DNA of 64,000 nt from the human T2T-CHM13v2.0 reference genome, Homo sapiens. Positions 29,462-44,470 of this stretch are shown here, in pieces. The position numbers and the translations under genes are program-made. The stretch lies in NCBI RefSeq assembly GCF_009914755.1, contig NC_060937.1, one strand, 5' to 3'. The notes under the pieces are model-generated. The model was not told the origin of the DNA, did not search any database, and worked only from the letters and a program-made list of their open reading frames with translations. How positions within the stretch are numbered: the stretch's first letter is position 1; every line of letters starts with the position of its first letter.

Positions 29462-32400
29462 GGCATAAACTTTCATAACAAGATTTTAACAAATCAAATT
29501 GAACAAGATATAAAATAGTAATTTCTCCTAACCAAGCAGGATTTATCCTATGTATTTAAGATTGGCTCAGCAATTAGAAATTAATGATATTCTTCATATA
29601 TAAAAATACAAATAAAAACCATGTGATTATCTTAAGAGATTAAAAAATACATTTGTCTAAAATATAACATCCTGTCTTGATAAAAACTCCCAGCAAAGTA
29701 AGAATAGAAAAGATCTTTCTCAAAATGATAAAGTACGTCTCCAAAAATCTACAGGTAGCATCGTATTTAATGGTGAGAATTTGAATGCCTTACTGCTAAA
29801 TTAAAAATGAGGCAGGAATATCTGGTCTCAACACTTAGAGTAAACACTTGTAGTAAACATAACACTGAAGGTTCTGATGAGTGCAATAAAGCAATAGAGC
29901 ATCCACTTTGAAAATGAGAAATAACTGTCTTTATCTGAGGGTGACGTAATTGTCTACCAGTCAGTTATATTTCTATATACTAGAAATAGACAATTTGAAA
30001 CTGAAATTTTAAAAAAGCGATACTATTTATAATAGCATAAATAAATAAGTGAGGGACAAATTTTATAAATGATAGATATACCAGACCTGTAAACTGAAAA
30101 CTACAAAACATTGCCAAGATAAACCAAAGAAGGCATAAATAACAGAATGGTATACAATATTTACAAATTAGAAGGCTCAATATTGTTAACATGCCAATTA
30201 TCTCCAAATGTTCTGTATACTGAAACCAATTCCAGTGATAAGCCAGCAGGCTTTCGTCTGCTGAATTTTATTTGGAAATGCAAAGTCAAATTTATCTAAA
30301 AATGCAAAAGACCCAGAGTAGCCAAAACAAGTTTGAAAAAGACCATACTTGAAGGACGTGTACAACCAGATTTTAGGATTTATTTTAGAGCTGAATAAAT
30401 TAGGAAAGTATGATATTGGCATAAAAATACACACCAAGATAAATTAGAATACAGAAACTAGCTATAGGCCCATATATATGGTCAACTGATGTTTGACAAA
30501 GTTCCATGGCAATTCAATAGGGAAAGGTTATCCTTTTCAGCAAATGATATTGAAACAACTGGCTATCTGTATGTAAAAATTAAATAAATAATGAAATGTA
30601 ACCCTTAGTATATACATAACTTAACTTGAAATAGACCATATAGCTAACTGTGTAAGTTGAAATTGTACAGTTGCTAGAAGAAAACGCGGAATAATTTTTT
30701 GGTAACCTACACTTTGACAATTTCTACATTTTGAAATTATACAGAAAGCATGAACTAAAAATATAAATTAAATTTGACTTTATAAAATTTGAAAAGTTTA
30801 CTATTCAGATAACACTGATATGAAATTAAAAAGGCAAGCCACAGACAATAAGAAAATATCAAGCTTCTATTTAGACAAAAATTGCATCATGAATATTAAA
30901 GAACATATTGATATTATGACTCAACATTAAGAAGACAAACTATCAAGTAGGAAAGTAGGCAAAATATTTGAACAGACACTTCACAGAAGACACAAAAATG
31001 GCAAAGAAGCACAGGCAATGACATTCAATATCATTCAGGAAATTCAAATTAAACTACAAAGAATGTTTAATACATACCTACTAAAGTGGCTAAAATTTAA
31101 AAGACCATTCTAAATGTTACCAAGGATATGCAGCAACTGAAATTCTCCTACGTTGTTGATTAAAATGTGAAATAGTACTACGACTTTGGAAAGCAGTTTA
31201 GCAACATCTGTAGAAGTTGCACATACACCAAACATATGACTCAGAGATGTCACATTTATTTGCCAAAGAGAAATCAAAGTGTATGTTTGAATGAAGAATT
31301 TTACCTAAGCCTTCATAGCAACTTTATTTGTAATTAGTAGAAAATGAAAACAACCAAATGCCCTTCAGTGAAAGAACAGATCAACTGTCAAATCCGTTGA
31401 GTGGAATACTACTTACCAATAAAAATAAATTATGTTGACATGCACACACAGCATAATTAGGCTGAAGGAAAGGAATCAGATAAAACAGAGTACTTAACTG
31501 TGTGACTCCATTTATATTATTTCTGGAAAACGCAACCTAGTCTATGAAAAATGAAAGTCAGTGGGTGCCTGAGGAGAGGCTGTTAGAAGAGTTGAATTTA
31601 AAATAGGCATGCAGAAACTCTTGGAGAGTGAGGAGTGTATTCATAATCTTAATTGTCAGTATCTTTTTATGGAAATATGCCAGAAATAATCAAATTAGAC
31701 ACTTAAGTATGTGCAAGTTATTTAATGACAACTATAAAGAGCTAAAAAGATCAGGTTATACTAAGTTCTATGTACTGAGAAATAACACAAATTAAATATT
31801 TGATTCCAAGTGATAGGAAGAGAGCTATGAAAAACTATGCTTACAGTACTGTGAGAGTATGGAGAATCACCACCCAACTCAAACTGGCAAGGGTGAGCAG
31901 TGTCTGTTCCACGAAAATATTGAAAGTCAAAATAGAACTAGAAATATGTACTATTCTTCATATTCAAAATGACAAAGAGCATTGCCATTGCACTTATTTT
32001 ACTTATTATGCCCCATATTGATGATCTGTTTTCACTGTGCTCCAGTATTAATTGTGTTCAATTTTTAAGATTACTGATTTAAATCAATGTTTTTCTATTA
32101 TCCATCTATACACAAATAGAAAACAAAATCTGTCTCACACGGTAGAAAAAAGTCTTAATCAGTATTGCTACCTGCAAAGTGCAAACTAAACAAAAGTATG
32201 GTGTCAATATGAAATTTAAAAAGCATACATGAATAAAAACGGATCAATAAATTGCTCCAATTTCAAAGTGTGATATATCAACATTCTCCAGAGATGGGAT
32301 ATAAAGTCACAATAATTCTTTTAAAGATGCCTACCCCAATAGATTATATAACAATTAACTAAAAATATTTGTCATCATATTCTGTTATGTTGTAATAAAA

Positions 32401-34819
32401 TAAAAAGACAGATAATATTAAGTAAAAAACACTTCCAAGAGCAGTGGCTTTCCTTCCTTTTAAAATTTCTAGGTCACCATACATCACAAATTTCTTAGAG
32501 ACCAGTTAACAGCATGTATTATTTTTCTATTTTTACTGGAAGTTATTTGAGGTTTGCTGCATACCAGTGATGTAATCTAAATTAATGTATTAAGAGGGGC
32601 ACTGAGAATAACAATAATCGAACAATTATTTTGTTTTACAATCACGAGGATTAAAGCAATGATAGGTATTTCACATTTATTCTATTTTATGTAAACCTAT
32701 CTTTTTTGTATCATCCTAGAATATTGCTTCTAATGACTTACACTTAATATTTTGTAACTAACAATTCACAGAAACTCTTTTTGTAGAGGTGTGCTTTTAG
32801 AATAGGATGTGAATAGCAAAGATTTTTTCTCAATGCTTCCCATCCTTCTCTTTTTCTTGGAATTCTATGCAAAACGTAAGACTCTGACTAAAATTAGTTT
32901 TGTAAGCCACAGAGCAAGAATAAGTATGTATATGTATGTATAGAAACAAAAATATTCAAGTAATTTTTTCAGAAGTCAAGTTGTAGTTTGAATTTACATT
33001 TTATGAAGATAGTTCATTTTGAAGAAACCATTTTAATATTCCTGTAATTAAACCATTGAATCCATTGATGCTGAGATTCCAAACATGAAAATAGCTACAT
33101 ATGGGACGTGGAGACACTCTTAGACTAGAGAGGATGCACACAGTTCCAAAAGCACATATTTCACATGCAAAGTGGTGAGTCCTATAAGAGAAAAGCATGA
33201 AGCATGAGAGCCCAGGTAAGACAGCATGAATTATGCCTTGAGCAGAGCAAATAGCTAGGAAAGTCTTTTCCAAAGAAGTGACATTTGAGCTAATATGCCA
33301 TACATATTATTTTTTAGGCTATGATAAAAATAAAATTATTTGGCTGATTTTATTATTCCTACATTTCTATAGATATTCAGACAGCAAGGAAAATGCTTTC
33401 ATGAAGAAACACCTCTGTTTGCTGCTTTAGGACTTTTTTTTTGAAATTATTCTCATTAGCATTAAAATACCAAACACACATATTTTATATTTAATGTAAA
33501 ATACATTTAGAAATTGTTACTGTCCTCCAGTTATTTTTACCCTCTGTCCCAGATGTCATTTGAAATTCTGAAGTTTTCAGATCTTAGAAAGGTAATATGC
33601 ATATATAGTAATGAACTATATATGAACCATAAGTGCACCATAATGTGTCTGAGGTCTGGGCAACACTCTTCAAACACATTGATTTTTCTGTGATAAAATG
33701 TTTGAGAATTCACAATGAATATATAAATACAGACTGAGTTTTTTTTAGTCCATGCTTTTCTATCAATGCATATACCTCAAACTTAAAGAATGTTTCAGAG
33801 ATGTTCACATTTAGAAATTGAAAATAAGGGATTAGGAAACTGTAACTAAGTGATTGATGGAAAGGTTTAAAGTGAGTAGATATTAACTTAGAAGCAAGCA
33901 AGTGAAATAAAAGCCCTTGTTTCCATAAACAGAATGAGAATAGCATACGATATTTTATATGAGAGTTTTTTCTCTGTTATAGAGGGCCACCTCTATTATT
34001 GGTGCTTAGGTCTCACTTATACTTAAAGACACGTGTATGTGAGCCAAAGGCAAACCTAAAATACAACTGTTGTGTGATAAAGCTCACTGAAGCACATCTT
34101 CAGTTTAAGAAAATAAATGAATAAATAAATAAATAAATATCCATGACCTTAGCTATGGCTTTTAGAACTGTTGTTTTTACTGTGAGGCTGACCGCCAAGA
34201 GTCATGACTAGGAATTCATGGTCTAAAAACCTCAAAATGCAATTGGCTAAATTAACAAACTCAGTATTGTAATAAAGGATAACCCAATGTTGCTTCTCAA
34301 CAAGGCCGAAAATAGTCATTAAGTGGAAACCATATGTGATTGATTTTTAAAAATCAGAGACACGTCTTTAAGTTTACTATCTAAAATCCAAACCAATGCC
34401 ATAATCTAAAACAACATGAAATGTGCCAGACCCCTGACTTTTCCTTAGTAGTTAAAAGTTTTGAAATGCAGTCTTTAAGTTTTAAAAAGTGGCTAAATTT
34501 ATCCAGGTCTTACTTTTAACAAGTTATATTTGTAAGTGTGGTTAGAATGATAGTTGTCACTTATTCATAGTAGATTTGGTAGATTGGACCCAAAGTCCTG
34601 AAACTACAACACTGCAGAGTGGGAGAAAGAAAACTAGAATTTAACAAAACTATTTCACATGGAAATATTTTCTGTTTCACCCTATTAGCAATGATTCCAG
34701 AGATAACAACACAGAATATCAGGGAAAAAAGCAAAGTTTAAGTGTTTGACTGGCCTATGAGTAGGGAGCCTTTTCTGGTTAAAAAAATTTTCTGGAAGAA
34801 AACCTGTGGTGCTTTCTGA

Positions 34820-34960
34820 AATCAATATAGATGAGTCAGATGGGTATGGTTTTAATCAAGGATTCTCTATTTTGTAGCTGTGTGATCTTGATCAATTTAT
34901 TTAATGTCTCTGACATCAGTATCCTCAGCCAATCCAACCAGAATAGTCATATCTAAACTG
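34820..34960 (+). mobile_element. MIR fragment
   Basis: tagctgtgtgatcttg...atttatttaatgtctctga core. Confidence 0.55.
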
Positions 34961-36249
34961 TTTTAAACTGTTATTTAATCAATTTCTGTCATACTACAAA
35001 ACTTTAGTAATATTTTTATGTTTCCCAAATTGCTTGTGGAGGATAATTGATTGTCTTTGCCTCGATTGTCTTTGCCTCAAGAGTTTGTATTTAATACAGT
35101 TTCAGAGATACGGAAGGGAAATACCTGACAGTCAGATGTGAGTTTACTAGACTAGACCTCTGCTTATTCCTAGCTTTATTCTGCATAGCCAAAGATACTT
35201 CTTCCTCTCAGCCAAAATATTGCCGTGCTTCCTTACTACTCAGAGACCAGGGCAGGGACTTTTTCCCCAAAGAGAAGAGGATCTTTTTATTTCCTGCCTA
35301 CTCTCAGCCATGAAAAACAGTCTTGATATTTAATTACATATTACATTATTCTGAGGTATAGGCATATAAGTATACCAAAACAATTAGTAATGTTTTAAAC
35401 AACCTTTTAAAACAATTTGGTTTATTTCATCTTATTCATGATTACCTTGTATATAAACCTGAAAATTTTAATTAAATGACTTTTTTTCCTGAACAATGTA
35501 TCCTTAAAACAGTAATAAAAAAATAACTAAACTCTTAAATTCACTGATAGCCTGTTTGCTAATATTTTGACATTCTTTCATATGATCAAAAGAAACCTAT
35601 AATACATGTTATTAACCCTGAAAGTTGAGGTGAGAAAAGAAAGACTTGTGTGGACAGAAACTATTTTTACTCAACTTTAAGTTCATGCCCTTAAAATAAA
35701 ATATATAACAATGAAAATAAATAATTATGTTTTTAAGAAAAATAATTAGCTATGAAGTTCTATCTGAAAAATGTTTTATTGACTTCTCTTATTACTATAG
35801 GTCCAAGTCCCTAAAGAGTCCAGTGAGATGCTGGTAATTAAGTACTAGCCAGGATTTCTTAAGTTTTCATTCTTCACCCCTCTTGGATTTGTGCAAGAGT
35901 TTGGAGTGTCAACTTGGGAGCTGGTATTAACTTGTCACCACAGATTATTCAACATTTGAATAAAATGTTGGACTAAACTTACTTATATTGAAATCAAAGA
36001 AATATCAACACCAAGGTGGATGTGTCTGCGTAGGAATAGATCAGGCCACAACATATTTTTATGTCTGACTTAAAAAATCATCCCTTTTTCTTGCAGAACA
36101 CAGATTCAATTCACTGAATTGACTGATGATAGGAAAAGAATGACCCTCAAAGAATTAAAATTATGCATTTTATATCTAGATACGAAGACTAAAAACAAAG
36201 TTCATTATCTCCTTTTACTAGCAATTGGTGTGACCCAAGTTATTGTTAT

Positions 36250-36890
36250 TTTCATATTTAAGGTAACATAACGGGAGATGAGGATGTCTTCTATGTGGAG
36301 AAGTAGGGAACACATAGGTCAAGGATGACAGCTAAATTTTACATTCAAATAGATTGTGTATCATTGAATTGTAAATAATATTAAAGTCCAAGATTTTGCT
36401 GCAGAAAATTTAGAGTTCACTTTCTGACAAGTCTGAGCTGAGGTGTCAAATTATCAGTGGAGTATGTGAGTCTGCAGGTCAAGGGAGAATTTTTCTGGAG
36501 ATGTAAATTTCTGATGTTTTTGTTCATGACTGCTATTAAACTCTAAATCTATTTTGTGTCTCCTAGGGATAAAAGTACAGAGTGAGAAAAGAGCTCCTTT
36601 TTGAAAACATAAGTAATTTCCATCATTTGACAGATGGAAAAAAAAATTAAGCTTGCAGAGGAAACTGAAAAAAAACGAGAATGTTGTGTCATAAAAACAC
36701 AAGGAAAGAGAACGTACAAAATATTTGGAAGTGATCACAATGATTAAGTACTGCTAGGAGGTGAAGTTAGGAGAGGATTTACACATTTTCATTAACCTAG
36801 GAACTTAGAGATCATTCATTATCTTGGATATAAAGGAAATTGCCAATGTCATAGGGACAACAGCTAGGTTAGAATGGATTGGAGAGTTAG
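36250..36890 (-). mobile_element. L2 fragment
   Basis: G/A-rich antisense L2 motifs (agagttcactttt, ggagatgtaaatt, gtactgctaggaggtgaagt). Confidence 0.55.
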
Positions 36891-36904
36891 TTGGGCCTGA
36901 TTAT

Positions 36905-37472
36905 GTTGGGGTTCACAAACCAATACCTAAAAATATGGCATTTGACTTGCTGAACTGAAGAAAAAGTCTCCATGTCTTTTGACACCCGCATTATCTCTCC
37001 CAAAGGAGCTGAAGTTCCTTTATCTGCCTAAGATCCAGACCCAACATGGAGAACAATAGTTTTCTTATTCTCCATGTAAGACCAAAAATGTAACCACACC
37101 TCAACAGATAATTTTTTTAAGATAATTACCTTCTCATTGTTTAAATTATATAAATAATGCATTATGTAAATTCCAAAGAGACTATTTACAAGTTCCCTGT
37201 TCCAGTCATTCTCCCCAGCAGTCATGTGTTGCCTCTCAATAGAAGTCCTCTTCTCCCCCTCCCTATTTTACCAGGAACCAAGTCCCCATTATTTCAGTAA
37301 CCTCAAGGTAGTATATAAGCTCCTGTAACTCACTGGGAAGTTGGGTCTTCATTCTGAAGGCTCTCGTATATATATATTAAATATATTTGTATGCCTTTTC
37401 TCCTGTTAGTCAGTCTGCCTCATGTCAGTGATTTTCAGCAAACGCTTAGAGAGCCAAGAGCCCTGACCCACA
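36905..37472 (+). mobile_element. MER39-like ERV1 5' LTR
   Basis: tgttggggttcacaaaccaatacctaaaaatatggc start, tataagct box, atttgtatgccttttctcctgtt, ...ccaca end followed by ttttggc. Confidence 0.75.
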
Positions 37473-38119
37473 GTTTTGGCAAAGTGAGCGGGATCCCCAA
37501 AGCCACTCTGCTTTTCTCTAAACCACAGTGAAGAGCAACCAGGAAACTGACAACCAAGAAAAGGCATAAGAACTTCTTACCAGTTAGGCTGCCAGTCTCA
37601 AATCTCTGTGCAATAATGTTGATTACATAATAAAAATCACTCTTTTGCTTCAAGGTTATAAATAATGGGAAAAAAGGATTTATGTGACTAGTCTTAGAGT
37701 ATAGAGACCCTAATATGCTTCTGGTACTTTGTGATGTGAATATTCATATTGTTTGACCCCTTTCCTTGCAGAAATAGCTTGTTGTTGTTTTTGTCTTTGT
37801 CTTTCCGTGTTGTTCTGTCATAAAGAGGGGTACTGTAGAGTAGAACATGGGCCTAGAACCCTTATAAGACTGCTGTTAGGGGCAGCCCAGCTGACTAATC
37901 AGTTTCGCACCTCTGACTAGATGAGCATCAGTTAAGACAAACTTTGCTGTGGGTACTTGCAATACCAACCAAATGAGTTTTCCCTCTCATCTTGTTTTAT
38001 GCCCTGGGGACCTTGACTTGTGGCTGTGTGGAGGTAACTCGCTTTTTGTTTCCACCATCTGGAGGGTGTGATATTTTGGGTCATGTCAGGTGACCAGTCT
38101 GAAAAGATTGGGAGTGTGA

Positions 38120-38452
<333 letters not shown>

Positions 38453-39221
38453 GAGACATGTAAGTTTTTAAGCAGCACACTTTTCATTCCAAACGTGTCA
38501 AGCTCTTAGAGTTTTATGTTAAAAAGTCTCATACTTACAGGGATTTTTGTGATCTTTTGCTATCTTAAGTTTATTTCTGGGAATGAATTTTTCAGGGTCG
38601 TAGGAACTGCCTCCACTATGTCCTCTCCAAGAATACCTCTTGCTTATAAGCTAAAAACCTGGACAATTACCACCTGGGCTTAATGGAAGAGGCGTTTGGA
38701 TTGAGTCACTACTGGAATTTAGTAGACCATTGAAAATTCTATCTGTCAATGGCCAAAAGATAGATACTTCTAATTTAAAAAGATTTTAGAGAGCTCTTAT
38801 TCTAAAAAAATGATGGACACTTCCAATTAAAAGAAGGATACATAATAGTATCATGGCTATCTTTGCGAATTCTCTTGACTAAATTAACGAGCAAAAATCT
38901 GCCCTAAAAAAAAAGTTAAAATCCTTTGCAAACTCAAAATGCCTATTCAGATTCCTTCTGGGAAGAGCAATGGAGTCTGCTCCAGTAGCTAAGGTTCCGC
39001 TGTTTTACCACAGCAACCTGGCATTCATTCCCAGTCAGGGAGCAAATCCTTTTTGGTAGATATTTGTGTGACTTTGCCATTTATTGATTCCTTTCCCTAC
39101 CATGCACAGCTTTTGAGTTCCTGTCTTCTGTCTGTGGGGCATACAGGGCTTTGGTCTTTGTATATAGTGGTCAGCTGAGAAGCTGAAGCCTTGGAGAACA
39201 CGGGTGAACAGAAATGTAGGT

Positions 39222-39502
39222 TGTGACATGGGATATTTCTAGGCCACTTTGCCAGCCGGGTACCTTTGGCCAGCGACTCCTCTGCCCAGGCCTTGATTGG
39301 GCCTAGGTTCACTGCAGGAGATGCCCAGTCCACTCGGCCCACGGGGCTGTGCCTGACCGGCACTCCAGTGCGGATCCTGTGGCCGTTGTGACTATGCGCT
39401 CAGCCCCTGGCAGGAGCCGGTGTGTGAGCAAGAAGTGCGGGATCCACCGGCCCTTCCAAGCACTGGCACAGGAGCGGGCTCTGTGCAAGGCTTACAGTTG
39501 GA
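39222..39502 (-). mobile_element. LTR27/28-like GC-rich ERV1 LTR fragment
   Basis: Abrupt GC-rich block tgtgaca...cactttgccagccggg...gcacaggagcgggctc. Confidence 0.55.
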
Positions 39503-39548
39503 TATTTTAAAGGCATAAACTGCTTCTATGATATTTTTGATAATTGTT

Positions 39549-40244
39549 TGTTAGTAGTGGCAAATCTGTATGGATCTGCGGCAACTCGATTCTTGCCTCC
39601 TCAGAGGAAATAATTCATCCAAGGGGCATGAGGCAGAGTGAGGGAGACCAAGGTAAGATTTAGAGTAGGAGTGAAAGTTTACTAAAAAGTTTTGGAGCAG
39701 GGATGAAATGACGTAAACTACACTCAGAAGGGGGTCAAGTGGGCCACTTGAGAGAGTCAAGTGCCCGGTTTGACCTTTGACTTGGGGTTTTATTTGCTGG
39801 CATGCGGCCAGGGTTTTGCATTTCTTCTCCCTTGATGTTTTGTTGGGGCAGGCTGCCCCCATGGGCAGTGGCCTGTCAGCGCTTAGGAGGGGCGGCATGT
39901 GCACTGTGTTCACTGAAGTTGTGCACGTGCTCATTTAAGGCATTTTAATCTTACCAGTCAGGAGTTCCCAGAAGAATGTCATATACCAGTTAAACTTTGT
40001 CATTTTGCCTTTTAGTGCTCATGCTTGAGTACATCACCCAACTCCTGAGATCTTATTGGGAAATTACTCATTGTCAGCTTCAAATGTTTTCTACCTACTG
40101 GGAGACGGCCTTTCATGGCAGCAGCTGTGACTAATGATTATTTTAGAGAGACAGTTTAACAACCACCTGATCATCACCTGATGGTGGGGGTTGAGAAAGT
40201 TCTTTCCTGCCCTGCTTATGTCTGCCTAAATACCTACACCAACA
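39549..40244 (-). mobile_element. MER66-like ERV1 solo LTR
   Basis: tgttagtagtggcaaatc...gattcttgcctcctcagagg...tacctacaccaaca. Confidence 0.7.
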
Positions 40245-41318
40245 CTTTGGCTTGTCTGTCTTATAGCCATTAGATCCTAGGCTCTAAACAAATAGCCTTG
40301 GCCCACCTCTGCCTCTTGCCTTTCCTGGGAAGGATCGGCATTATTTGCACAGCTCTGTGCTTTGTCCTGGGCTCTGCATCTGAACACATAATTAAAATGG
40401 TTTATTTTGTAAGTTTTTCAGTAAAGATAAGGGTTACTAAGAACTGACTCTGGAACTAATGTATGTGATTAAAACTACCAGATATAAGAGAAACAATTCT
40501 ATATGCAAAATGCATAAGAAAAATAGAATTAGTTTAGTAAAAATGTCATAAAAATGCATGAGAATGTGGTTTTTGTTAAAGGGAATATAATTTTGCATAG
40601 TGTAGAGTTTTGTTTGTTTTGTTTTTAATTGAAAGTGAAAAGAATGATAGATAAAACTGAATGGATACAGAAAGTTGGAAAAGAGAATTTTAAAAATTAT
40701 GAAAGTTTATAAAAGCCTTATGGAAATAATAACATGGCAAAACTGATTAAAAATTAAAAAGTTTTGCTTACAGAAATTAGCTTTAACATTAATAGTACAC
40801 TGATACAAAGGTAAAATTTTGTTTTTGCTTTTGAATAAGATTCACATGTAATACTAATAAGAAGTTAATATAAGATTTTTGTTTACCTTTTGAGTAAATT
40901 ACAACATAAAAAGAGGGAAGAGAGACAGATTCAGCTGACCTCATGCTGTCTTTATTCAATCTTATTTTTTGGAGAATTGAATTTCCTCTCTATCAAAAAG
41001 TTAAAATTCTGCTTATTTAAATCATTGAATTAGCAGTTTGACTAAGTGAATGACTTATGTTACAGTGATCTGTAATTCTGTTTCATGATGTCAAGTGTTT
41101 TAAACATTTGATATTTGACAAACTTTCCAAAATCCAAATTTCAAGTTAAAAATAAAATATTTTGATCTCAAACTAACTTTTTGGATATTAGGGCACCTGT
41201 AGTCCAAGAGAGACCTATTCTGCTTATTTGATATGTTATAATCATACAGGAAACATTGTCAAATATGAAAGGATGTTTAACTTTCTTTGGGTTGTATTTA
41301 AATGTGTTATAAATATGT

Positions 41319-41525
41319 TATATTAATCCATTCTCACTCTGCTATAAAGGACTACCTGAGACTGAGTAAGTTGTGAAGAAAAGAGGTTTTATTGACTCAC
41401 AGTTCCACAGGCTGTAGAGGAAGCATGGCTGAGAGGCCTCAGAAAACTTATTAATGGCAGAAGTCATAGGCGCACACACATATCTTACCCTGGTGGAACA
41501 GGGGAGATGGAGAGAGAGACAAAGA

Positions 41526-41564
<39 letters not shown>

Positions 41565-41903
41565 CATGCATGAAGGGGCAAGTGCTACACACTTTCAAGT
41601 AACCAGATCTTATAAGAACTCTTTATCATGAGAACAGCAAAAAGAAAGTTTGATACTTTCAGAAAAGTGACATTTCTTACTTACCACAGGTCAGGAACCT
41701 GTAAAGGAACTGCATAGAGTATGAATCCAGTCTTGCCAAAGAGTTTTATTTGCCTTATAAAGTTAACCTCTATTTATCAAAGCAGTTTGCTCATATCTAA
41801 AAATGAGCATGATTCAATCACCTCCCATCAGGCTCATTTTTCAAAACATGGGAATTACAATTTAACATGCAAGCTGGGTGGGACATAAAGCCAAACCATA
41901 TTA
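41319..41903 (-). mobile_element. MSTA-like MaLR solo LTR with (CA)n and an inverted insertion
   Basis: tattaatccattctcact...ccaaaccatatta; 5-bp TSD TATGT (41314-41318, 41904-41908). Confidence 0.88.
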
Positions 41904-43995
41904 TATGTGTTTCAAAATTGTATGAGATGCCTATAATTCTCCTTTGTCTTAGTATATGTTATCAGTAATAATGACCATTATGCTGAATTGTTGTATGCCA
42001 CAGAAATAACCGAATTTCCTTGTCAATTGTGTGTTTATCTATGGCTGTCCTAAGACTTTTGCAATCCTTAGACAATTATTGTTTTACTGTGATCCTTCTC
42101 AAAGAGCAGTTTGCTATCAGCTGAAGTCTAAAACTTGATTTTTTAGGGAAGTTCGTGGAAAGAACTCTGACAGGTGCTGTTGAATGCAGCTTTCTGAAAA
42201 CCTTGGAGATTATGTTATTGGAATAGATAAAAAACTTTCAGGAAGCTACTTGGACAGCTAATGTGCTCATGAGGTTTGTTGGCCCCAAACAGGAATTAAT
42301 TGCATAGACTAAACAGATAGAGCACTGAAATAATTTCTTTTAACTTTTTTGTTTGAAGTCTTGGTGTTTTTTTGGTTTTATTTTTTAGAGTTAACAAAAG
42401 GTTGTTTTTATTATTATTATTGATCTATTTATAGCTTTCAACCATTGAGTAAAGTATACAATTTTGAAGAAAATTTGAACCACATTTCTTCTCTCAACTT
42501 GATTTCTCCAGAATTTGGGAACTATTTGTCAGTATGCTTAATTTATTGCAATGTAGTTATTCACATAAGTTCAATAAGAGCCTATTTTCCTTTGTATCGG
42601 GACACAATTGGAGACACTGGTTACCTTATCAAGGCTTTTTGACTGGAATAGGATATTGTTAGATATGAGCAGACTGCTTTGAGAAATAGAGGTTAACTTT
42701 ATAGAGACAATAAAGGCCCCTTGGAAACACTGGCTTCATACCCTGTCTATGCAGTTCCTTTACAGGTTCCAGACATGTGGTAAGTAAAGAATGTCTCTTT
42801 TCTGATAGGCCCAGGAACCTCAAGTTACTTTGAGACATTGAGAAGAGTAGAAGTCATCAATTCATACAGGTATGTGCAGGCACAGATAATTCCTTGGCTG
42901 GGATATAAAGGCTTTTAAAAGTTTATTCTGAGATTCCTTATGAAAAAGTTCTAGCAGAGCCAATTTTAAAATAGCCTAAATGGCCAATAATTGTTCTTGC
43001 TGCACTTCATGCAAAGGAATAGGCCAAGTATATTAAGACTAAAATATTTTGCAAATAAATTGGTCCTAATATAATTTCTTGTTGGTTTTGCTGTTTTTTT
43101 TTCTTTATGTATTTTTAGGGGCAGGGAGGAAGGACATCCTTAAACATATTCATTTTCCAATAGCAAAAATTCAAGTATAAGAATTAGGTAAAACGGAAGA
43201 GGGAAAAAGAGGAAAATCTAGGGCGTAAGAATCCAAAGAGGTAGAGAGAATGAAAGTTAAATAATAGGTAGAGGAACTGGCTTTAAATTGGACAAGGAGC
43301 ACAATTCCTATTCTATCAGTAAGGAAGGAGATTAGAGTGGGTTAAGATTATTCTCCACCACAGATTCAGCCCCAATCAGGTTTCAAAACCAATTATGAGT
43401 GAGGTAGTAATGCTGTAAAGCAGAAGCAGCTTCATTGTTTCTGACCATGTAGGAGTGTTCAAGAACATCACCTCATTTTGCTCTTTTTTTTCCTTTCTCC
43501 CTGTCTTTATTTCTCTTCCTTCCATGTGAATTTCAAACACAGTGAATGAATTATGATGGATTTTGATTATTTCTTTTTAAAGACATGCTCATCTTTTACT
43601 TGTACTTTCAAGCTAAACACTTACATATCATGGAGGATTGTTTCCAGCATCTTAATTCATATTTTTTAGAGCTTTTATCCCCATACTTGGCCTACATTTA
43701 TAAAAATGATTCACAATTTCTTATGATAGAATTATGAATTTCTGTTTTCCACTTGCATCCAAAACTCCAGAGATATCTTCCTAAAACATAAACTAAAATG
43801 GTTAATGAAACGATTAATAATGCACCCAATAGCATACATTAGTTATTGTGGTGTCTCAAAATATGACCTTGAATTCTAGCACCAGACACTCTTGAGTTTT
43901 AATTCTGAATAATTAATCAACAATGTTTGGCAATCTGTTTTTCTTTGTGTCGTAGTTTTCTCATTGATAAAATGGGAACAACAGTAGCACTGATC

Positions 43996-44470
43996 TGATC
44001 AATATGACCTTAATATTTTCCACTGCTTGACTAAACTTTAGACAGGTTTCTTCCTGACTATAGTTCCCTTATCTCTCTTTTCCACAGAATTTTCTTTCTT
44101 TGCTCATTTGAGATAAAAATCACCCAGCCTCCGGCCAGTTTTACAACTTGGAAATGCTTTTTCTCAGGGCCCCTAGTAAAATCTCTTTGAAATGTAATCA
44201 TCATAAAAAATAGTGCCCCTATATCCTTGTCTTTGTGGGAAGATAGAAACCTAACTTCCATTAATGCCAATTAATAAATACAGACGACCTATTCATATTG
44301 ACCAATCCCCCAACCCCACTACTTCCTATAGTTTTCCACTAGATCACCCAAGCCCCTAAAATCTCTCCTGTCTTTTGTTCCAGTAGAGTCGAGTTAAATC
44401 TATTTCCTCTATTGCAATAGTCTCGAGTAGTCTTCACTGCCTATTTGTTTGGGACACTTTTTATATTACA
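43996..44470 (+). mobile_element. MER31/MER67-like ERV1 LTR inserted in a MIR
   Basis: cttgactaaactttagacaggtttcttcctgact, ctattgcaatagtct; MIR halves at about 43860-43995 and 44471-44560. Confidence 0.65.

Noticed and set aside
36080-36190. Polypyrimidine-CAG splice acceptor; similar sites near 15950 and 45210
   Set aside because: No matching donor or coding frame can be supported; such motifs are frequent by chance.
39222-39502. GC-rich block as a CpG-island gene promoter
   Set aside because: It is short, CpG-decayed and resembles an ERV1 LTR fragment.
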